From: Octopus sinensis | Lineage: Eukaryota | DNA length: 32,003 nt | Assembly: GCF_006345805.1 (NCBI RefSeq) | Contig: NW_021829675.1 | Coordinates: 1 to 32,003 of the forward strand | Direction of reading: 5' to 3' | Notes under the pieces: generated by a model | Seen by the model: only the letters and a program-made list of their open reading frames with translations | Databases searched by the model: none | Told to the model about the DNA's origin: nothing | Made by a program: the position numbers and the translations under genes | Shown here: piece after piece, positions 24,591-32,003 of the stretch | Layout: each line of letters opens with the position of its first letter | How positions within the stretch are numbered: the stretch's first letter is position 1

Positions 24591-25374
24591 ATGGTTTTGA
24601 TTTACTTAATTTTACGAAGGGGTTGTTGGATATGTGTTCATTTTTGAAGTTGGTTTCATAATCCAAGAACCAGATGGCGCTCTTTTCCCATCGTTGGAGG
24701 GACTTAAGTTCCTCTTTTTCACATTCTTCATTCCATAGTGCTGGTAATGTTTCAGTATTGATGTCGTCTATTAGTATGATGACTTCTTCGTTGATTTCCT
24801 CATCTATGGGTTTTACTTTTTCTTCATTCGTCTTAGCTCTCAGCTTAAGTAGTTCTATTTCCATCTTCATTTTTTCTAATGACATTTTTTCTCTAAGTCT
24901 TCTTTGTTCTTCTGGTTCTTCCGAGATGGGCTTGATTTGTAATTTGCAGGGTATGACTAGGGGTGTTGAGTCTAGCCACTTTTGGTAAATCTCTGCTTTA
25001 TTCTGATTTTGTATCATTTTCCAAACGGCGAATTTTCTGTTTCGCTGTAGTGTTCTCCATTGGGGGAGGGCTTGGTTCTTTATTTGTAATGTTGAAGTTG
25101 TTCGGTTCTTCTCATGTGGTCCTTCTTTTTGTTGCTCTTGTTTCGTAAAGTTTGTGAAGAATGTCGTTATTGTATCGCATAGATTTTCAACGTTCTCGTA
25201 TATTTCAGAGGGTGTTTTATTCGATTCGGTTTCCTCGTTAGTTTGTGTAGAAGGTCGAGATGTTGAGTTGAGTTTGATTAACACTGCTGTTAGATTTGAA
25301 TTTATGCTTTTCAATTCTTTCAGTATCTCTTCATTTATTGAGGAGATGTCGTTGGTGTCTTTTTTAGTAGGCAT
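24526..25374 (-). CDS. PLE N-terminal region ORF (282 aa, K/E/Q-rich, coiled-coil-like); probably the 5' part of the element's single long ORF
   Basis: Starts 30 nt after the 5' pLTR; open for 282 codons; no catalytic motif recognised. Confidence 0.65.
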   Translation of the reverse strand: MPTKKDTNDISSINEEILKELKSINSNLTAVLIKLNSTSRPSTQTNEETESNKTPSEIYENVENLCDTITTFFTNFTKQEQQKEGPHEKNRTTSTLQIKNQALPQWRTLQRNRKFAVWKMIQNQNKAEIYQKWLDSTPLVIPCKLQIKPISEEPEEQRRLREKMSLEKMKMEIELLKLRAKTNEEKVKPIDEEINEEVIILIDDINTETLPALWNEECEKEELKSLQRWEKSAIWFLDYETNFKNEHISNNPFVKLSKSKPLPTERNNHQEILTHSTPEKYT

Positions 25375-25585
25375 TTTCGGGAGCTCGTACGTGAAGTGAT
25401 ATTTATAATAAGATTAGCTCGTATACGAGTGGGTATATATTTTTAAAAAATGAAGTTTGAAAATGCTGCTATATTAGACAAATTTTTGATTTTTATATAT
25501 ACATTATTTATTTAACATGCTTCGGTTCTTGAAATGACGAACCTTATCAAAAAAAAATTATATATATATATATTAATAATAGAAT

Positions 25586-25885
25586 ATTAGGGAATAAATC
25601 CAAACTTACAGGAAAAAGTCAGATTTAGGATTAAATCCAATTTTATAGTATAAATATATTATATTATATTATATTAAATTAGAGATAAAACCACTATTAG
25701 GCAAATCGAACAATGAAAAACATAAGCCAATACATAAAATTAATTAATTTACATTATTTTTAAAATATATCAAAACTTTTGATATATTTTTTAAATAATT
25801 TAATTAATTAATTTTATGTATTGGCTTATGTTTTTCATTGTTTGATTTGCCTAATAGTGGTTTTATCTCTTATTTAATATAATAT
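25586..25885. repeat. Family C repeat folded back on itself (centre 25776)
   Basis: atatatcaaaa c ttttgatatat centre; gagataaaaccactattaggcaaatc...cataagccaatacataaaattaattaatt mirrored at 25800-25870. Confidence 0.85.
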
Positions 25886-25994
25886 ATATATATATATGTG
25901 TATACTCTCCACGCATTCGCACATATATACACATATATATATATACAAACATACGTGCATACTTTTCAATACAAGCATACATAGATACATACAT

Positions 25995-26009
25995 ATTTAT
26001 TATTATTAA

Positions 26010-26050
<41 letters not shown>

Positions 26051-26140
26051 TTATTATTATTATTATTTTCATTATTATCATTATTATTATTATTATTGAT
26101 ATTTTTATTATTATTATTATTATTATTTTCATTATTATTA

Positions 26141-26175
<35 letters not shown>

Positions 26176-26299
26176 TACATTATTATTATTATTATTATTT
26201 TCATTATTATTATTACTATTTATTCAAATCACTCTCTGGAATTGAACTCGTAATTTTGGGAATAGTATCCCGCGCTCTTAACCACTACGCTATATGCCC
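25995..26299 (-). mobile_element. tRNA-derived SINE head with (AAT)n tail
   Basis: Minus strand gggcatatagcgtagtggttaagagcgcggg...gagttcaattccag (A and B boxes), then a long (ATT)n tract on + 25995-26222. No convincing tRNA acceptor stem. Confidence 0.7.
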
Positions 26300-27019
26300 A
26301 GCACAGCCGATGAAGGCTGGAAGTAAATGAGCCGAACCGTTGTGGTAAAAAACGAACAAGATGAGGACACATATCCGTCCAATGTAACTAATATAAGTAG
26401 CGTACAGAATTATTCATCTCTTCATAGAAAATTTTAAATGAAAAAATAATATTTTTCCATAATCTTAATCTCGTTATTCTTCACATAGATTGACAAAAAT
26501 AATCGAAAAAATAGTAAAAAACTAAAAATTTAGGGTGACGGAGGGAATGAAAAATTTTGAAAACATGGCATTTTGCATATTCGGAATGTACGTCATCGAA
26601 AACATATGAATCCACTGAAAAAAAAACTCAGAATGATCATATAGGAGAAGCTGCAGCCCCCAGTATGAGTACAGGCCATAATTTGTGTAAAAGTGAAACA
26701 ATAATGTATCGCTGAAAAAACCCGGAAGTCAAAAGTGAAAGAATAAAAGTGAAACAATATTGTTATCAATAGTGAAAGAATAATACCGCTGAAAAAAATT
26801 CACAAGTTTCATATAGGAAGGAGAGTGTGCAACCCTCTGTATTGGCAAGAGCCAAAATTTCATTCCCCGAGAATCTTCCCCGAGTAATGAAATACTTTCG
26901 TACACACTAATCCAGCGATTTCACTGTGCATAAAGAAAGCACGCACGCACCCACCCACAGAGAATTTTTATTGATATAGATATATACACGTATATATATA
27001 TATATATATACGTATACTC

Positions 27020-27431
27020 TTTTACTCTTTACTCTTTTAATTGTTTCAGTAACTTGACTGCGGCCATACTGGAGCACCGCCTTTAGTCGTGCAAATCGAC
27101 CCCGGGACTTATTCTTTGTAAGCCCAGTACTTATTCTATCGGTCTCTTTCGCCGAACCGCTAAGTGACGGGGACGTAAACACACCAGCATCGGTTGTCAA
27201 GCAATGCTAGAGGGACAAACACAGACACACAAACACATATACACACATATATGTATATACATATATGCGACGGGCTTCTTTCAGTTTCCATCTAGCAAAT
27301 CCACTCACAAGGCATTGGTCGGCCCGGGGCTATAGCAGAAGACACTTGCCCAAGATGCCACGCAGTGAGACTGAACCCGGAACCATGTGGTTGGATAGCA
27401 AGCTACTTACCACACAGCCACTCCTGCGCCT
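27020..27431 (-). mobile_element. tRNA-derived octopus SINE, inverted relative to 17400-17795
   Basis: Reverse complement matches 17400-17795 over both unique parts. Confidence 0.85.
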
Positions 27432-27451
27432 ATATATGTACATTCATATAT

Positions 27452-27483
<32 letters not shown>

Positions 27484-27570
27484 GTGTATACATATACTCA
27501 TAAATATATATATATATGCATCTATGCAAATGATGTATCAATATATATGTATGTAAATAATGTATATATA

Positions 27571-27605
<35 letters not shown>

Positions 27606-27878
27606 ATATCTCTCTCTCTCTCTCTTGATATATATATAACATTTTTCGAGGCTGCGATGCAGTTATAGGATATTATGTTGTTATGTAGGCACACAGCTAA
27701 GAAATCCTTGCATTTCATAGCATACACATTTGCAAACTAATGATGTTCGTAGCATAACCCTTGTTTTTACTATCACATCCATTTTACATATTGCCGCTCT
27801 ATATTCATCTAACACTTTGTTCTCGAACATACATATATTGAGTTAACACTAGATCACTAGATTATTAATCTCACAATT

Positions 27879-27917
<39 letters not shown>

Positions 27918-28211
27918 ATATATATATATATTATATATATATAATATATAGGGAGAATTCACAAAATAAAACAAAAGATAAAGACAGGTGCTGTAGATAA
28001 CAAACAGATGTATTACTTTAACGCTCGGGAACTGAAAAAGTGTTTAACCTTTCGAGCCTACGCTCTACCACGGAAAGAAACAAGGAGAGAAAATAAAAAC
28101 TATTTCGTGGCTAGCAATCTACACACACATATAGGTATATATATGTGTGCGAGTGTGTATGTGTATGTATACATAAATATATATATATGTGCATATCAAT
28201 ATATATGTGCG

Positions 28212-28243
<32 letters not shown>

Positions 28244-28252
28244 ATATTATAT

Positions 28253-31085
28253 AATAATAGTTATCGCCATACTAATATGGCATTCTTATAAAAATAAGAA
28301 AAAAGCCGTCCGCTTATTAGCTCCATGAGGCCATCGCCTTAAGTTAGCTATTTGATACACAAACTGTATCCATATAACCTTCGAACAAGGGAGGTTAGTC
28401 GCTCCACACTACTTGACCGGCAGCTACAGACGCGTTTCGGAGTATTGCCCCTTTTCAATGCAGCGTAGCCAGCCATTAGGTGTCGCTTCCGACAATCTCT
28501 GTTCGATGGTTTTATTTACCTAGTTTCGGTGGAATACATCCACTTGTTTTCAATAATAGAAATATTAAAATAACTAAGTCTCTCTAAAAGAGAACAGCGG
28601 CAGCGTTCCCGGAAAATAATAGTTATCGCCATACTAATATGGCATTCTTATAAAAATAAGAAAAAAGCTGTCCGCTTATTAGCTCCATGAGGCCATCGCC
28701 TTAAGTTAGCTATTTGATACACAAACTGTATCCATATAACCTTCGAACAAGGGAGGTCAGTCGCTCCACACTACTTGACCGGCAGCTACAGACGCGTTTC
28801 GGAGTATTGCCCCTTTTCAATGCAGCGTAGCCAGCCAGTAGGTGTCGCTTCCGACAATCTCTGTTCGATGGTTTTATTTACCTAGTTTCGGTGAATACAT
28901 CCACTTGTTTTCAATAATAGAAATATTAAAATAACTAAGTCTCTCTAAAAGAGAACAGCGGCAGCGTTCCCGGAAAATAATAGTTATCGCCATACTAATA
29001 TGGCATTTTATAAAAATAAGAAAAAAGCTGTCCGCTTATTAGCTCCATGAGGCCATCGCCTTAGGTTAGCTATTTGATACACAAACTGTATCCATATAAC
29101 CTTCGAACAAGGGAGGTCAGTCGCTCCACACTACTTGACCGGCAGCTACAGACGCGTTTCGGAGTATTGCCCCTTTTCAATGCAGCGTAGCCATATTAGT
29201 ATGGCGATAACTATTATTTTCCGGGAACGCTGCCGCTGTTCTCTTTTAGAGAGACTTAGTTATTTTAATATTTCTATTATTGAAAACAAGTGGATGTATT
29301 CCACCGAAACTAGGTAAATAAAACCATCGAACAGAGATTGTCGGAAGCGACACCTACTGGCTGGCTACGCTGCATTGAAAAGGGGCAATACTCCGAAACG
29401 CGTCTGTAGCTGCCGGTCAAGTAGTGTGGAGCGACTGACCTCCCTTGTTCGAAGGTTATATGGATACAGTTTGTGTATCAAATAGCTAACTTAAGGCGAT
29501 GGCCTCATGGAGCTAATAAGCGGACAGCTTTTTTCTTATTTTTATCAGAATGCTATATTAGTATGGCGATAACTATTATTTTCCGGGAACGCTGCCGCTG
29601 TTCTCTTTTAGAGAGACTTAGTTATTTTAATATTTCTATTATTGAAAACAAGTGGATGTATTCCACCGAAACTAGGTAAATAAAACATCGACCAGAGATT
29701 GTCGGAAGCGACACCTACTGGCTGGCTACGCTGCATTGAAAAGGGGCAATACTCCAAACGCGTCTGTAGCTGCCGGTCAAGTAGTGTGGAGCGACTGACC
29801 TCCCTTGTTCGAAGGTTATATGGATACAGTTTGTGTATCAAATAGCTAACTTAAGGCGATGGCCTCATGGAGCTAATAAGCGGACAGCTTTTTTCTTATT
29901 TTTATAAGAGTGCTATATTAGTATGGCGATAACTAATATTTTCCGGGAACGCTGCCGCTGTTCTCTTTTAGAGAGACTTAGTTATTTTAATATATTCTAT
30001 TATTGAAAACAAGTGGATGTATTCCACCGAAACTAGGTAAATAAAACCATCGAACAGAGATTGTCGGAAGCGACACCTACTGGCTGGCTACGCTGCATTG
30101 AAAAGGGGCAATACTCCGAAACGCGTCTGTAGCTGCCGGTCAAGTAGTGTGGAGCGACTGACCTCCCTTGTTCGAAGGTTATATGGATACAGTTTGTGTA
30201 TCAAATAGCTAACTAAGGCGATGGCCTCATGGAGCTAATAAGCGGACAGCTTTTTTCTTATTTTTATAAGAATGCCATATTAGTATGGCGATAACTATTA
30301 TTTTCCGGAACGCTGCCGCTGTTCTCTTTTAGAGAGACTTAGTTATTTTAATATTACTATTATTGAAAACAAGTGGATGTATTCCACCGAACTAGGTAAA
30401 TAAAACCATCGAACAGAGATTGTCGGAAGCGACACCTACTGGCTGGCTACGCTGCATTGAAAAGGGGCAATACTCCGAAACGCGTCTGTAGCTGCCGGTC
30501 AAGTAGTGTGGAGCGACTGACCTCCCTTGTTCGAAGGTTATATGGATACAGTTTGTGTATCAAATAGCTAACTTAAGGCGATGGCCTCATGGAGCTAATA
30601 AGCGGACAGCTTTTTTCTTATTTTTATAAGAATGCCATATTAGTATGGCGATAACTATTATTTTCCGGGAACGCTGCCGCTGTTCTCTTTTAGAGAGACT
30701 TGTTATTTTTAATATTACTATTATTGAAAACAAGTGGATGTATTCCACCGAAACTAGGTAAATAAAACCATCGAACAGAGATTGTCGGAAGCGACACCTA
30801 CTGGCTGGCTACGCTGCATTGAAAAGGGGCAATACTCCGAAACGCGTCTGTAGCTGCGGTCAAGTAGTGTGGAGCGACTGACCTCCCTTGTTCGAAGGTT
30901 ATATGGATACAGTTGTGTGTATCAAATAGCTAACTTAAGGCGATGGCCTCATGGAGCTAATAAGCGGACAGCTTTTTTCTATTTTTATAAGAATGCCATA
31001 TTAGTATGGCGATAACTATTATTTTCCGGGAACGCTGTCGCTGTTCTCTTTTAGAGAGACTTAGTTATTTTAATATTTCTATTAT
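28253..31085. repeat. ~360-bp-unit tandem array in two opposed arms (about 2.6 units, then about 5.25 inverted units); hammerhead-bearing, retrozyme-like
   Basis: Unit starts aataatagttatcgccatac at ~28253, ~28615 and ~28976. Orientation flips at 29190-29193. Near-identical units; (TA)n at both ends. Confidence 0.95.
29369..29410 (+). ncRNA. Minimal type I hammerhead ribozyme (U3-A8 variant); representative of 8 copies
   Basis: gctgca UUGAAAA gggg caata ctcc GAAA cgcg UC tgtagc: stem I with one G-U pair, stem II with one G-U pair, palindromic ACGCGU stem III, GUC triplet. + copies at 29369, 29730 (G12 missing), 30092, 30451, 30813; minus copies at 28423-28464, 28785-28826, 29145-29186. Confidence 0.82.
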
Positions 31086-31122
<37 letters not shown>

Positions 31123-32003
31123 GCAAATGTATATTTATATATATATTATATAATATAATATAATATATATATTATATATATATATATATATATAAATGTA
31201 TGTATGTAGGCATGCATATATATATATTTATACATATTCAGGAGGGCCTAAAAGTCACTGAGGAATTGCAATTTTTTAGAATTCTTTCGTTTTTAAAAAC
31301 TTTTTCTGATCTTTTTAGGGATTCCTTGGACTACGTTCTGAAAATACGTTATTGAAATGTGTGTGTGTGTGTTGTGTGTGTGTGTGTGTGTATAGGCACA
31401 TATTAAAATGATCTCAAAAATTATAAAAGCTATTATGATGCTATTATAGGAAATTACCTTAATTGTAGATATAGAGACGTGTTGTGTTGCCTGGAAAGTT
31501 TGGTTCTCGTCAAGACAGAGCTTTAAATCAGTTACAGAAATGAATGCGTCTCAAATTTGCTTCAGAATATATAGCTCTCTCTTTGCATGCCAACTTACCT
31601 GTGTTTCTACGAATGAGGATGCGATATAACAGAAGGAGAAAGTGAAAGAGGCGGAGTTTGAAAGTTTGTTGTTTGTTTCTTACTGTTTTCTTCTTCATGC
31701 ATTGATTTTGCTTTTAACTAATAGTGGTCGTTTAGTTATCGTGGGCGTGTCACTACTATGGCAACACGTATGATATAATTTGATATAGAAGTAGAGTTTT
31801 TGCGCAGTATATTTCTATATTCTGTCGACCATATATATACATACATATATATATATATATATGTGTGTGTGTATGTGTGTGTGTGTGTGCGTGTGTGTCT
31901 GTGTGTGTGTATACTTTTTACGCATTCGCACATATATGCACATATATATATACATACATACAAGCATAATTAGAGACGTAAATATCCATACATGCATACA
32001 TAG

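Larger units (their letters stand above)
20815..25555 (-). mobile_element. Near full-length Penelope-like retroelement (family B, Neptune-like) with direct pLTRs
   Basis: Direct repeats ~20815-20970 and ~25403-25555. Between them: N-terminal ORF, RT and GIY-YIG in that order on the minus strand. (TA)n at both ends. The clade label is inferred from the Cys-rich CASENLIYVITCAGC linker and is not confirmed. Confidence 0.9.

Noticed and set aside
26228-26299. tRNA gene
   Set aside because: It has A and B boxes but no proper acceptor stem, and runs into an (AAT)n tail, so it is a SINE head.
28253-31085. CRISPR-like or centromeric satellite interpretation of the array
   Set aside because: There are no unique spacers, the context is eukaryotic, and the array is short, inverted and bounded by (TA)n like the PLE insertions.
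31240-31350. Possible Tc1-like transposon end (caggagggcctaaaagtcac)
   Set aside because: No matching second TIR or transposase is visible in the window.

Overview
AT-rich, microsatellite-dense eukaryotic DNA, most likely octopus (inferred from recognisable cephalopod-type SINEs). Almost all ORF-track entries are microsatellite artefacts. One real spliced gene lies on the minus strand: seven coding exons with GT-AG boundaries and compatible phases (18112 to 1412, at least 279 aa). They encode three Mind bomb SH3-like (REP/SH3_15) repeats directly after the start Met, with no MZM module. The rest is transposon-derived: two mariners, a hAT with a nested MITE, tRNA-derived SINEs and several Penelope-like (PLE) retroelement insertions. 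The most striking pattern is a set of ribozyme-bearing insertions into (TA)n. The first is a ~360-bp-unit array at 28253-31085 in two opposed arms, with eight minimal type I hammerhead ribozymes of the U3-A8 variant and no recognisable coding sequence (retrozyme-like). The second is a 1.25-kb-arm spacerless palindrome plus an inverted pLTR with hammerheads inside an intron of the gene. The third is a near full-length PLE whose pLTRs carry a related hammerhead-like motif. Four insertions from three unrelated sequence families share one asymmetric fold-back design, with the inverted arm stopping about 60-80 nt short of the other terminus. All coordinates were read by eye. Scattered 1-nt indels suggest imperfectly polished long-read sequence.
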